A stretch of DNA of 32,000 bases from an uncultured Lachnoclostridium sp. (GCA_946499505.1 CAMMSL010000011.1:1-32000); one strand, 5' to 3'; numbered from the stretch's first letter, positions 1 through 9,015 are shown. Made by a program: numbers and translations. Notes: a model not told the origin generated them from the letters alone.

Positions 1-1
1 G

Positions 2-46
2 AAGAGGTATTGCCATGATAATTCTAACTTCATGGCAATACCTCTT
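2..46. terminator. Perfect 17-bp-stem hairpin at the window edge, terminator-like
   Basis: aagaggtattgccatga (2-18) is the exact reverse complement of tcatggcaatacctctt (30-46), with an 11-nt loop. A T-rich run follows on the + strand. Which gene it serves cannot be seen. Confidence 0.5.
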
Positions 47-395
47 TGTTCTAAAAACTATCGAATGTAAAGCAACAGGTAGATGCTATACCAAGTTCTT
101 GGATCCAGAATGCCTCGACAAGATATTCTCGTGGCTCAGATAATACTGGAACGATAAGTACTTCCAGGGGAACATTAAATATTTTAGCGAACACAATCAA
201 TTTTCACAACGAGCTGAAATATTGTGATCGGATTTCTCGGGTTTCTTCATAGCACTCATTTGGCAGTTTCTCAGATGAACTACCAAGTGAGTGCTCCCAG
301 GATTTATTATATTGGTCCGCTTATATTGATCAAGCTTCTCTTTTATTAATACATTTTCTAACACGAAAAAATACAGTGTGTTACATATTTTTAAA

Positions 396-1937
396 TTATT
401 CAATATCAAATGGCATCTCGATTCCGCAATATTCATCACAAACCCATTCCCATTGTCTAATTCGTTTTGTAAAAACAAGTTTGTTCAATGGATCTTGAAT
501 ATAGATAGCTTTATCGTCAAAAATCAAGCATATATAATACTGTTTTCCATATTGATGTGCAGCGGTATACTCATTATTTGTTATTGTAAACTCAGTATTT
601 ACGTTATTTAGGGATTTAACTTCAATATACCTTTTTTCACCTTTAGAAGTAGTACTTTCTATATCATAACCAACATTCATCCTGCTTACATCTTGCACCG
701 AATGTCCCATAAATTGTTCAAGCTGAACTACCCGCTGTTCTGCGGATCTCCATTTTGCAACTTTAGGCTTACTACTTTTTACTTCTTGATAAGATTCTCT
801 TTTAAAAAGATTAGTCAGATTCTTGTTTTCTACAATATAGGGATCTTCTTTATTCTTCAACTCAAGCTTAGCATTCGTATTTACATACTGTAGTTCTGAT
901 TCGCTCAATTCGCCACAAAGAGCATCCAATATCTCTGTTCCTTTTTTTGCTCTTTTTATATTATGGAAAGCATATTCAATATTGGTCTTTTTTCCATAGA
1001 GTCTTTGAGTTAATGATGCCTTTTTTACAATTTTTGCTGACATTTTCGTTATAGTATCTTTGGGCAGCTTTTCTAATATTATTTTTTCTTCTAAAATGCA
1101 AATTAATTCCTCATTCGAATACTCCAATGAAGAAAACTCTGTCAAAAACTCTTCTACCTGAAAATAATTTTGGTAAACTTCTATTGGTAAGGAAGTATCT
1201 CGTATTGTTTGACTATATATCCTTATAATTGCTTTTTCTTGTGGATCAAGCCATTCCGGAAGATTTTTATATTGTGCTATTGATATCTCTGAACTATCGT
1301 TCATTTTGATCCTTACGTCAGCAATCTTTTTCTTTAACTTACTAATCAGTTTTTGATTAGTTGACGAAAAGCTTTTTTGTCCTCGAAACAGAGAAAGCAT
1401 TTTTGCATCAGCGGTAACCTCACCGCGCAGTACACTTGCAACCAATTCACAAATTAAAGAAACCAAGTCATCTAGCGCTGCATCTGTAATTGAATCATTT
1501 ACTAAATGCTTCCTTGATGGATCTGTTGAAAAATCTGCATTTATTTTAAAATCAAAAGGAGACCTGTCTAAAGTAGGTAAAAAGCAATGATAGACAGCTT
1601 CCTTAGCATTACAATTAATTATTTCTCCATTTTCTTCCTTAAACGCTAATGCTGCGGATTTTGATCTCATAATTCTCCAAGATGTATCTTGAATAGAAAA
1701 GCATTCAATCCCATCAACTGTAATTCTTTTCATGATATAGTTTTGAGTAAAACATTCTTGAATAGAGATAAAACATTCTTGAATAGATTTCAAAAAAATA
1801 AATGAATCTGATGAAAATTCTCTAATCTCATCTACTATTTTCTGAACATTAGCATTTTTAAAAACGAATACAGTTGTATAACCTTGTTGAATAAAACTTT
1901 GTAGTTCCTTCTCTATATCAAAATTCACATTAGACAC
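396..1937 (-). CDS. DUF3883-domain protein (restriction-endonuclease-like C-terminal domain); looks like the C-terminal ~510 aa of a sacsin/GHKL-ATPase-type protein, with the N-terminal ATPase region absent
   Basis: The C-terminal ~120 aa (WRSAEQRVVQLEQF...GYDIES...RYIEVKS...TITNNEYTAAHQYGKQYYICLI) fits the DUF3883 pattern. The internal HCFLPT...FKINADFSTDPSRKHL resembles the post-ATPase segment of sacsin-like repeats. The start is a GTG, and the frame stays open upstream into the LysR stop at 1976-1978. Confidence 0.6.
   Translation of the reverse strand: MSNVNFDIEKELQSFIQQGYTTVFVFKNANVQKIVDEIREFSSDSFIFLKSIQECFISIQECFTQNYIMKRITVDGIECFSIQDTSWRIMRSKSAALAFKEENGEIINCNAKEAVYHCFLPTLDRSPFDFKINADFSTDPSRKHLVNDSITDAALDDLVSLICELVASVLRGEVTADAKMLSLFRGQKSFSSTNQKLISKLKKKIADVRIKMNDSSEISIAQYKNLPEWLDPQEKAIIRIYSQTIRDTSLPIEVYQNYFQVEEFLTEFSSLEYSNEELICILEEKIILEKLPKDTITKMSAKIVKKASLTQRLYGKKTNIEYAFHNIKRAKKGTEILDALCGELSESELQYVNTNAKLELKNKEDPYIVENKNLTNLFKRESYQEVKSSKPKVAKWRSAEQRVVQLEQFMGHSVQDVSRMNVGYDIESTTSKGEKRYIEVKSLNNVNTEFTITNNEYTAAHQYGKQYYICLIFDDKAIYIQDPLNKLVFTKRIRQWEWVCDEYCGIEMPFDIE
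1748..1789. repeat. Tandem 21-nt in-frame duplication inside the DUF3883 gene
   Basis: taaaacattcttgaataga occurs twice back to back (1748-1768 and 1769-1789). It encodes SIQECF twice (…KSIQECFISIQECFTQ…). Confidence 0.9.
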
Positions 1938-1975
1938 AAGAAATGGAATTCTAACTGTCGGTACTTGATTTGCAT

Positions 1976-2869
1976 TTAATCCAAGTTTTTGTTGAGGAAA
2001 TATAAAAATTCAGATAGCAGGCTTTCTTGATATTTTCTTTTGCGAGTGATGATGCTAAAACTTCTGGTTAAAGGGTAATCTCCTATAAAAGAAATGCTAT
2101 GAAATTTGTTGTTTTTTAATTCTTCCTTAATAGAAAACTCTGAGATAAAAGTAATACCCAGATTATTTTTTACGGAATTTTTAATTGCTTCGGTATTATG
2201 CATTTCATAAATAAAAGCAGGTTTAATATATTCAGAATTAAAAATATGTTCCGTAATTTTTCTTGTGCCGCTACCCTTTTCTCTTAATATGACAGTTTCA
2301 TCAGAAAAATCTTTTGCACAAACATCAGTTTTGCCCTCGATAATCCAATGATGGTTATTAGAACAAATAAGGCAAAGCCTGTCATCTAAAAAAGGAACAA
2401 CTTCCAAGTCTTGGGAATAGTTTTCTCCTTCAACAAATCCGACGTCAAGTTTATAGTCTAATACCATTTGTTCAATAATATCACTATTATTAATGGTAAG
2501 AGATAAATTAATATTAGGGTGTATTCTTTTGAATTCTGCCATAATATCGGGCATTATGTATATTCCAATGGTTGTGCTGGCACCAATACGTAACTGACCT
2601 AATTTTAAATTAGCGATTTCTGTCATTTTAGAATCTAAATCATTTGCGAAACTCATGATCTTTTCAGAATATTCAGAGAAAATTAAACCTGCATAGGTCA
2701 ATTCCATATTTCCATGACTTCTTATAAATAGTTTACAATGGTATTCCTTCTCAAGTTCGTTAATAGTCTGGCTGACAGCAGATTGAGACATAAAAAGCTG
2801 TCTACCAGCTTTTGACATGCTTTTGGTTTCTAAAACAGTCAAAAAAATACGAATATTTCTAAGATTCAT
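1976..2869 (-). CDS. LysR-family transcriptional regulator, divergent from the phosphite operon (PtxE-like position)
   Basis: N-terminal HTH MNLRNIRIFLTVLETKSMSKAGRQLFMSQSAVSQTINELEKEY is followed by a LysR substrate-binding region. I prefer the ATG at 2869 (MNLRN…); the ORF track extends to 2935 and an ATG at 2896 is an alternative. Confidence 0.85.
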   Translation of the reverse strand: MNLRNIRIFLTVLETKSMSKAGRQLFMSQSAVSQTINELEKEYHCKLFIRSHGNMELTYAGLIFSEYSEKIMSFANDLDSKMTEIANLKLGQLRIGASTTIGIYIMPDIMAEFKRIHPNINLSLTINNSDIIEQMVLDYKLDVGFVEGENYSQDLEVVPFLDDRLCLICSNNHHWIIEGKTDVCAKDFSDETVILREKGSGTRKITEHIFNSEYIKPAFIYEMHNTEAIKNSVKNNLGITFISEFSIKEELKNNKFHSISFIGDYPLTRSFSIITRKRKYQESLLSEFLYFLNKNLD

Positions 2870-3047
2870 AGTTGATACCTTTTTAATTCCTTTCATTATC
2901 TCTAAAATATATAAGTAATTACTTATATAATACAATAAAAATACGAATTTTGCGAAGACTTTTTTTACATTAGTTTGAATTGACTTTTACATTTGTTTTG
3001 TATACTACGGTTGTATCATAAAAAAAGTAAAGAAAAGGAGGAGAAAC

Positions 3048-3761
3048 TTGATAAATATAAGTCATATATATAAGAGCTTTAAGGAAAAGAGTGTGCTGGA
3101 AGATATTTCAATGAGCATAAAAGACGGAGAGTTTGTGGTTGTTCTTGGTTCCAGTGGAGCAGGAAAATCTACATTATTAAGGTGTATGAATGGGCTTTAT
3201 ATTCCAGAAAAAGGTAGCGTAGAAATATCAGGTATAGAACTTAATCGAAAAAGTATGAGAGAGATACGCAAACGTGTAGGATTTATTTTTCAGGGAAGTT
3301 GTGTAGTGGGAAATTTGAGTGTATTGACAAATGTCCTAATGGGAAGTTTGAGCAAAAAAAATTCCATGAGTCTCAGATTTACAAAGAGTGAAAAGGAAAA
3401 GGCGTTGGAATTGCTTGATATGGTAGGACTTAGTGAGTACGCATATATACGAACTGATAAACTTTCAGGAGGACAAAGACAAAGAGTAGGAATAGCAAGA
3501 GCTCTTTTGCAGGAACCGGAAATATTGTTAGCAGACGAACCGGTTGCAAGTCTTGATCCTGTTACGGCGAAAGAAATATTGGATTTGATTGAAAAAATTA
3601 ATAGAGAAATGAAAACAACTATTATATGCAATCTTCATCAAGTGGAATATGCAAGAGCATATGCGCAAAGAATTATAGGAATACGAAATGGAAAAATTGA
3701 TTTTGATGAAAACACAGAGTCTGTCACAACAAGACAGATACAGCATATTTATGAAAACTAA
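3048..3761 (+). CDS. phnC: Phosphonate/phosphite ABC transporter ATP-binding protein (PhnC/PtxA-type)
   Basis: Walker A GSSGAGKST, signature LSGGQRQRV and Walker B ILLADEP are present. It has a TTG start 6 nt after AAGGAGGAG. It is first in an operon with a PhnD-type binding protein and a PhnE-type permease. Confidence 0.9.
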   Translation: MINISHIYKSFKEKSVLEDISMSIKDGEFVVVLGSSGAGKSTLLRCMNGLYIPEKGSVEISGIELNRKSMREIRKRVGFIFQGSCVVGNLSVLTNVLMGSLSKKNSMSLRFTKSEKEKALELLDMVGLSEYAYIRTDKLSGGQRQRVGIARALLQEPEILLADEPVASLDPVTAKEILDLIEKINREMKTTIICNLHQVEYARAYAQRIIGIRNGKIDFDENTESVTTRQIQHIYEN

Positions 3762-3795
3762 AGAAATATATAAGTGAGAAAGGTGGATTATAATT

Positions 3796-4668
3796 ATGAA
3801 AAAAATTATAGTATTTATTAGTATGATGCTTGTAATAGCAATGAGTACAACAGCATGTTCAGGAACAAAAGAAACATCAAAAAAAGAAGTGTTGAATGTC
3901 GCATTGCTTCCTGATGAGTCACCGGCTGAGGTTATTAAAAATAATGAGAAATTGAAAGAGTATCTTAGTGAAACACTTGATATGGAAATTAATCTTATTG
4001 TAACAACAGATTATTCTTCTATGATTGAAGGAATGAGAAAAGGACATATTGATATAGGGTATTTTGGCCCACTTTCCTATGTTCTTTTGAAACAAAAGAT
4101 GGAGAATGTAGAGCCTTTTGCAGCTAAATTGGAAAATGGAAAACCAACTTATAGAGGAGTTGTTATTGGAAATGTTGCAGCAGGAGTGAAACAGTTAAGT
4201 GATATTGAGGGCAAAACAATGGCATATGGAGATGTTGCATCTACCTCAAGTCATCTTATTCCAAAAGAATTATTGCTTACAAAAGCGGGATTAAAGGCTG
4301 GTGAAGATTATGAAGAACAATTCTTAGGAGCGCATGATGCGGTAGCAATTGCAGTGCAAAATGGAAATGCACAGGCAGGAGGTCTTAGTAAACCAATTTA
4401 TGAGAAGCTGATTGAAGAAGGAATGATTGATGAAAATAAGGTACAGGTCATTGATGAATCTGATGACTATCCAAACTACCCATGGGCAATATGTACAGAT
4501 TTAGATCAAGATCTTCAGGAAAAAATTAAAAATGCATTTTATAATCTTGATGACGAGGAAATTCTTGAGAGTTTAAAGGCAGAAGGATTTGCAAAAATAG
4601 AAGATTCTGATTATGACATTATTCGTAATATGGTTGAACTTCTAGATGTAGATTTGGAGGATATGTAA
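3796..4668 (+). CDS. phnD: Phosphite/phosphonate ABC transporter substrate-binding protein (PhnD/PtxB-type), probable lipoprotein
   Basis: It has a signal peptide with Cys (MKKIIVFISMMLVIAMSTTAC), the PhnD-like core GHIDIGYFGPLSY, and a position between the ATPase and the permease. Confidence 0.85.
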   Translation: MKKIIVFISMMLVIAMSTTACSGTKETSKKEVLNVALLPDESPAEVIKNNEKLKEYLSETLDMEINLIVTTDYSSMIEGMRKGHIDIGYFGPLSYVLLKQKMENVEPFAAKLENGKPTYRGVVIGNVAAGVKQLSDIEGKTMAYGDVASTSSHLIPKELLLTKAGLKAGEDYEEQFLGAHDAVAIAVQNGNAQAGGLSKPIYEKLIEEGMIDENKVQVIDESDDYPNYPWAICTDLDQDLQEKIKNAFYNLDDEEILESLKAEGFAKIEDSDYDIIRNMVELLDVDLEDM

Positions 4669-5460
4669 ATGAAACAAGAGAAAAAGAAAAAACAAGATAA
4701 AACATTATCTATCTGTGCCTTAATTGGTGCAATTATCATAATTTTTTCTCTGATTTATACACCAATAGTGAGTTGGGAAAATCTGACCACTGGAAATATA
4801 CTTATGAATTTTGTTGGAATGATAGGCGAAATGATCCCACCAGATTTTTCCTCCATACAAGAATTGGGAACGCCTATTGTCGAGACACTTGTAATGAGTG
4901 TAGTTGCAACAATTCTTGCAGTTATTATAGCTTTTCCATTAAGCTTTTTAGCTGCACATAATATTACACCACATTCAATAATTGGAACGATTGTAAAAGC
5001 ATTTTTCAGCGCACTGCGTTCAATTCCGGAACTTATTATGGGTGTAATATTTGTTGCAGCAGCAGGCTTTGGGATTTTGCCGGGAATTCTTGCTTTGGGA
5101 TTTCATTCTATAGGAATGCTTGGAAAATTTTATGCGGAGGCAATAGAAAAAACGGATGCAGGATTGAATGAGGCTATTTCTGCATGTGGTGGATCAAAAT
5201 TTCATGTAATTATATTTAGTGTAATACCGCAGATTTTTTCCCACAGTATTGATTATTCCTTATATCGATGGGAATACAATTTCAGAGCTTCAACAGTAGT
5301 TGGGCTTATAGGAGCTGGAGGAGTCGGATTTCAGATTATAGCAGCACTCAGATTGATACAATATAAAAAGATATGCGCTATTTTAATTGTTGTATTTGCT
5401 CTGGTACAGCTTGTGGATTTCTTTGGAAATGTTATAAGAAAGCATCTTATAGACGCATAG
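4669..5460 (+). CDS. phnE: Phosphite/phosphonate ABC transporter permease (PhnE/PtxC-type)
   Basis: It is a polytopic membrane protein. Its start codon directly abuts the stop of the binding-protein gene. The PhnE-like segment is ALRSIPELIMGVIF…GAGGVGF. Confidence 0.85.
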   Translation: MKQEKKKKQDKTLSICALIGAIIIIFSLIYTPIVSWENLTTGNILMNFVGMIGEMIPPDFSSIQELGTPIVETLVMSVVATILAVIIAFPLSFLAAHNITPHSIIGTIVKAFFSALRSIPELIMGVIFVAAAGFGILPGILALGFHSIGMLGKFYAEAIEKTDAGLNEAISACGGSKFHVIIFSVIPQIFSHSIDYSLYRWEYNFRASTVVGLIGAGGVGFQIIAALRLIQYKKICAILIVVFALVQLVDFFGNVIRKHLIDA

Positions 5461-5486
5461 AATATTATAAAGGAGAATAGTTTTAA

Positions 5487-6491
5487 ATGGATAACAGACC
5501 ACAAATATTAATTACGGGATGGATGCCGAAGGAAGGAAGAGATATATTAGAAGAATACTGCGATTTGGATTTTTGTAACTCAGAAAAGCCACTTAGTAAG
5601 ACTGAGTTAATACAACGAGCAAAGAATAAAGACGGAGTTGTCATTTTTATGACAGATACAATAGACAAGGAAGTTATTCAGGCATGTAATAACCTTAAAG
5701 TGATTAGCAGTTTTGGAAAGGGCTTTGATAATATTGATGTGGAGGAGTGTGCAAAGAGGGGAATTGCAGTAACAATTAATAAAAATTCTCTGACCGAAGA
5801 TACTGCAGACATGGCAATGGGACTTGCACTTGCAAATGCAAGAAACATTTTAATTGGAGACAGTGAAGTAAGGAAGGGGACGACTAGAGGGTGGCAGCCT
5901 AAAAAAAATTTGGGAAGGAGTTTTAATCATTCTAATTTAGGAATTATTGGTTATGGAGAAATTGGCAAAGCAATAGCAAAGAGAGCGAAAGGTTTTTCCA
6001 TGACGACATACTATTATGACCCTACTGTTGAATCAGTATCATGGGGGGCACATAAATGTGAAAAACTTGAAGAAATGTTTTCTAAATGCGATTTTATTAT
6101 GATAACCGCAAATTTGAATAAAAACAGTTACCATTTAGTCAACAGGGATAACATAAGTTATATGAAACAAGGTGCCTTTGTTGTTAATGTTGCCAGAGGT
6201 TCGATTGTTGATGAAAAAGCTATAGAGGAAGCGCTTGATGCAAATAAAATTTCAGGATATGCTTCTGATGTGTTTGCTTTTGAGGATAAACTAGCTAAAG
6301 AATGTCCGCAATACATTAGTAGCGGATTGCTTGAAAAAACAGAAAAAACAGTGTTTACTCCTCATTTAGGAACCGGAACTGTAGAGACAAGAAAAGAGTT
6401 ATCAATATCTACAGCCAAGGGAATGCTGTCAGTGTTAAAGGGAGAAGAAACAGAACAGTTGATTACTTCTGGAGAAGCTAATATGAACTAA
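5487..6491 (+). CDS. ptxD: NAD-dependent phosphite dehydrogenase (PtxD-like, D-2-hydroxyacid dehydrogenase family)
   Basis: From memory of P. stutzeri PtxD, these motifs align. KGFDNIDVEECAKRG matches KGFDNFDVDACTARG. GWQPKK matches GWQPQF (Trp134). NVARGSIVDE matches NPCRGSVVDE (Arg237). GYASDVFAFED matches GYAADVFEMED (Glu266). FTPHLGTGTVETR matches FTPHIGSAVRAVR (His292, Arg301). It is also linked to phnCDE plus LysR, as in ptxABCDE. Confidence 0.8.
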   Translation: MDNRPQILITGWMPKEGRDILEEYCDLDFCNSEKPLSKTELIQRAKNKDGVVIFMTDTIDKEVIQACNNLKVISSFGKGFDNIDVEECAKRGIAVTINKNSLTEDTADMAMGLALANARNILIGDSEVRKGTTRGWQPKKNLGRSFNHSNLGIIGYGEIGKAIAKRAKGFSMTTYYYDPTVESVSWGAHKCEKLEEMFSKCDFIMITANLNKNSYHLVNRDNISYMKQGAFVVNVARGSIVDEKAIEEALDANKISGYASDVFAFEDKLAKECPQYISSGLLEKTEKTVFTPHLGTGTVETRKELSISTAKGMLSVLKGEETEQLITSGEANMN

Positions 6492-6590
6492 TACATATGT
6501 ATGAAAATATCTATAATAAAACATTATACCACGTGACATATATTATATATTATATCTTATTCGTATAATGTGTATATATGAGTATAGTAT

Positions 6591-6638
6591 CGGAGATGTT
6601 CCAAAGACCTAAAAAGTTTTTGAACATTTCCGATTTTT
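6591..6638 (+). terminator. Rho-independent terminator of the phosphite operon
   Basis: cggagatgttc (6591-6601) pairs with gaacatttccg (6622-6632) with one G-U pair, followed by ATTTTT. Confidence 0.6.
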
Positions 6639-6681
6639 AATTACCCAAAATATGTTGAATTTATTTGTTTTGGCACTTGAT

Positions 6682-6710
6682 TTGACATCTGTCTTGTCAG
6701 ATGCTATAAT
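6682..6710 (+). promoter_or_regulatory. Perfect consensus sigma-A/sigma-70 promoter with no downstream ORF
   Basis: TTGACA (6682-6687), an exact 17-nt spacer, then TATAAT (6705-6710). The spacer contains the palindrome CATCTG-N6-CAGATG. Confidence 0.7.
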
Positions 6711-7011
6711 GCCACCTAATGAAAACACGAAAGGGAAATACCGGTTCTTATATAATGCGAAAGATGGTTTTATATTTTAGATAAATTGCAAGAGCCAGAA
6801 CCGAAATATAACGGTTAAGTGATAGCATATCCGGTGAAGGTATTAGAATATGAATGATAAGATAGCACGTATTAAACAGCTTAAAGAAGCCTGCAAATAA
6901 AAAGTCAAGGCTAAATTAAAAGAACATTGAAAAATTTATACAGGTTGAAAAATTGGCATCACAATAAGACCACCACAATAGTGCTGGTCAAAAAATAGGT
7001 GATAAATTTAA

Positions 7012-7545
7012 TTAGTTTGATTCAGGGAGTGAGGCAAGATATTCTTTTACACGCCCATAGTAGATACGAAGAAATTTGTTCGCACCAGCTGTCATATAGA
7101 CATAATAAGGTTTTCCTTGTGCTCGTTTTTTATCAAGGAATAAATATACAGCATCGTCTGTCGGTTTTGTTTTGATAAGAACATCCATTACCTGAAAGAG
7201 AGTTTTTCGCAAATCAGCAGAGCCTCTTTTAGAAGTTGGTACACTTTTCTGAGCATAAGATCCAGATTCATTTACACCAGGATCCACACCCGCAAATGCA
7301 GTAAGGGCACCTTTATGAGTGAATCTAGAAACATCACCTATCTCGGCTATTAGTTGAGGACCCAAAGAAGGACCGACACCTTTCATAGCCATAACGATTG
7401 GATATTCAGGTAGTTTTGCTGCTGTATGATCCATAAGCGTGCGTAACTCTTCGACAGTGCTTGATGCAGAGTTGAGTTGGTCTATCGCTTGTTTAATAAT
7501 GAGTTTAGTCAAATCATCCTTAGGAAGTACAGGAACGAGACCGTT
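7012..7545 (-). pseudogene. IS110-family transposase, C-terminal (Transposase_20) fragment only; 5' part removed at the IS256 boundary
   Basis: …MAMKGVGPSLGPQLIAEIGDVSRFTHKGALTAFAGVDPGVNESG…KRGSADLRKTLF… is the typical IS110 C-terminal domain. The N-terminal DEDD domain is missing. The frame is open up to nt 7545, directly against the IS256 inverted repeat. Confidence 0.85.
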
Positions 7546-7546
7546 T

Positions 7547-9015
7547 CAAGTTTTGTGTAAACTGAAAAAACTGATATAAGATATGTCATTAGTTACTTTA
7601 GGCAGAGCCAATTTTTTGAGGTTCTGCCCTTTCTTGTATTATAATGCAGTTCCCAGACATGTCAAGCAGGGCTGGCTAACCCAGCCCTCCTAGACGGGAA
7701 ACTGCTTATAATCCGGATAGCCTTTCTTCAAAGAAAATCTCCAGCTGCGAATGGATCTGTCCCCAATCTTGTCGGTGGCCTGTCCATTTTTTCGTGATAT
7801 CCATCATGGCCAGATACAGCATTTTTAAAAGACTCTCATCGGAAGGGAACACTGTCTTGGATTTTGTGACTTTCCGGAGCTGGCGGTTAAATCCCTCAAT
7901 TGCATTGGTAGTATAGATCAGACGGCGTACCGCTTCCGGGTACTTAAAATAAGTCGAAAGATTCGCCCAGTTATCTTTCCAGGATTTCGCTATTTTCGGG
8001 TATTTTCCGCTCCATTTGTCATCAAAACTGTCCAGCTCTGCTAATGCGATTTCTTCTGTTGGAGCCGCATATACACGTTTTAGATCAGCCATCAGGGGCT
8101 TGATCTCCTTATAGGAAACGAACTTCGTTGTATTCCGGATCTGATGAATGATGCATTGCTGGATTTCTGTCTGAGGAAATACCGCCTCGATTGCCTGAGG
8201 AAATCCTGTCAGCCCATCCACACATGCAATCAGGATATCTTCTACCCCGCGGTTCCTTAGCCCGTTCAAAATGGAAAGCCAGAATTTCGCGCTTTCGTTT
8301 TGGCCCACATACATGCCAAGCACGTCTTTATGTCCTTCCATGTCAATCCCAATGGCGATATAAACCGCACGTTTTACAATCCGGCCTTCATTGCGCACAT
8401 GGTAATGGATGGCGTCCATGAAAACCACGGCATAAATCTCTTCCAATGGCCTTTCCTGCCATTCTTTCACAATGGGAAGAATCTTATCAGTGATCCGGCT
8501 GATGGTGCTGTCAGAGATTTCGATGTCGTATAGTTCACGCATATGGCTTTCAATATCATTCGTGGTCATTCCTTTGGCATACATAGAGATGATCTTTTCC
8601 TCCATGTCCTGAGTGACAGTATTCTGGTATTTCTTGACAATCTGCGGTTCAAACTCGCCTTTCCTGTCCCTGGGGATGTCGATTTCCATGTCTCCATAGC
8701 TGGTATGCATTGTTTTCTGAGAATGTCCATTTCTGGAATTATCCGTTTCCTTGTTACGATAATCATACTTAGAATAGCCTAATTCCTCGTCAATCTCCTG
8801 GTCCAGAGCACCTTCCAGAATGATGGACATCATATCCCGCATGATGGAGTTAACATCTGTCCCATCTTTGACTTTAACATTGTTTTCTTTCATGTAGTTG
8901 CCCATCATTTCTCGAAGAGCTGCTTTTTGTGGGGTATCCTTTTTCCTTGCCATAAAATAAACCTCCAAACTGGTAAGTCTATCTTACATCAGTTTGAAGG
9001 TTTACACAAACTTTG
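7547..9015 (-). mobile_element. IS256-family insertion sequence (~1.47 kb) with imperfect terminal inverted repeats
   Basis: The left end caagttttgtgtaaactgaaaaaactgat matches the reverse complement of the right end (ccaaagtttgtgtaaaccttcaaactgatg). It encloses a complete IS256-type transposase. The boundaries are approximate to a few nt. Confidence 0.8.
7706..8953 (-). CDS. IS256-family (Mutator-type) transposase
   Basis: The product MARKKDTPQKAALREMM…DEELGYSKYDYRNKETDNSRNGHSQKT…MYAKGMTTNDIESHM…VFMDAIHYHVR…ACVDGLTGFPQAIEAVFP…QQCIIHQIRN… is characteristic. GGAGG lies 8 nt upstream of the ATG at 8953. Confidence 0.95.
   Translation of the reverse strand: MARKKDTPQKAALREMMGNYMKENNVKVKDGTDVNSIMRDMMSIILEGALDQEIDEELGYSKYDYRNKETDNSRNGHSQKTMHTSYGDMEIDIPRDRKGEFEPQIVKKYQNTVTQDMEEKIISMYAKGMTTNDIESHMRELYDIEISDSTISRITDKILPIVKEWQERPLEEIYAVVFMDAIHYHVRNEGRIVKRAVYIAIGIDMEGHKDVLGMYVGQNESAKFWLSILNGLRNRGVEDILIACVDGLTGFPQAIEAVFPQTEIQQCIIHQIRNTTKFVSYKEIKPLMADLKRVYAAPTEEIALAELDSFDDKWSGKYPKIAKSWKDNWANLSTYFKYPEAVRRLIYTTNAIEGFNRQLRKVTKSKTVFPSDESLLKMLYLAMMDITKKWTGHRQDWGQIHSQLEIFFEERLSGL

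Noticed and set aside
197-478. 93-aa minus-strand ORF and a possible 47-aa continuation (…FAKIFNVPLEVLIVPVLSEPREYLVEAFWIQELGIASTCCFTFDSF) ending just before the hairpin at 2-46
   Set aside because: The 5' third overlaps the DUF3883 gene and no RBS is present. The pieces are in different frames. It may be a decayed gene, but I cannot identify it.
2975-3006. TTGACT-N15-TATACT as the phosphite-operon promoter
   Set aside because: The 15-nt spacer is too short for a confident call. The divergent regulatory region surely holds promoters and a LysR box, but I cannot place them.
3290-3746. Minus-strand ORFs inside phnC, and plus-strand ORF 4773-4961 inside phnE
   Set aside because: They are shadow or out-of-frame ORFs within well-supported transporter genes.
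5487-6491. Reading the 334-aa dehydrogenase as a generic glyoxylate/hydroxypyruvate reductase or D-lactate dehydrogenase
   Set aside because: The GWQP, RGS, DVF-x-x-ED and H-x8-R motifs, plus linkage to a phnCDE-type importer and a LysR gene, favour PtxD. This still needs phylogenetic or enzymatic confirmation.
6849-6899. 16-codon ORF (MNDKIARIKQLKEACK) downstream of the perfect promoter
   Set aside because: It is too short to support. It has a weak GAAGG RBS only, and could be a leader peptide or chance.
8191-8782. Several 66-79-aa ORFs on both strands within IS256
   Set aside because: They lie entirely inside or antisense to the intact IS256 transposase gene.
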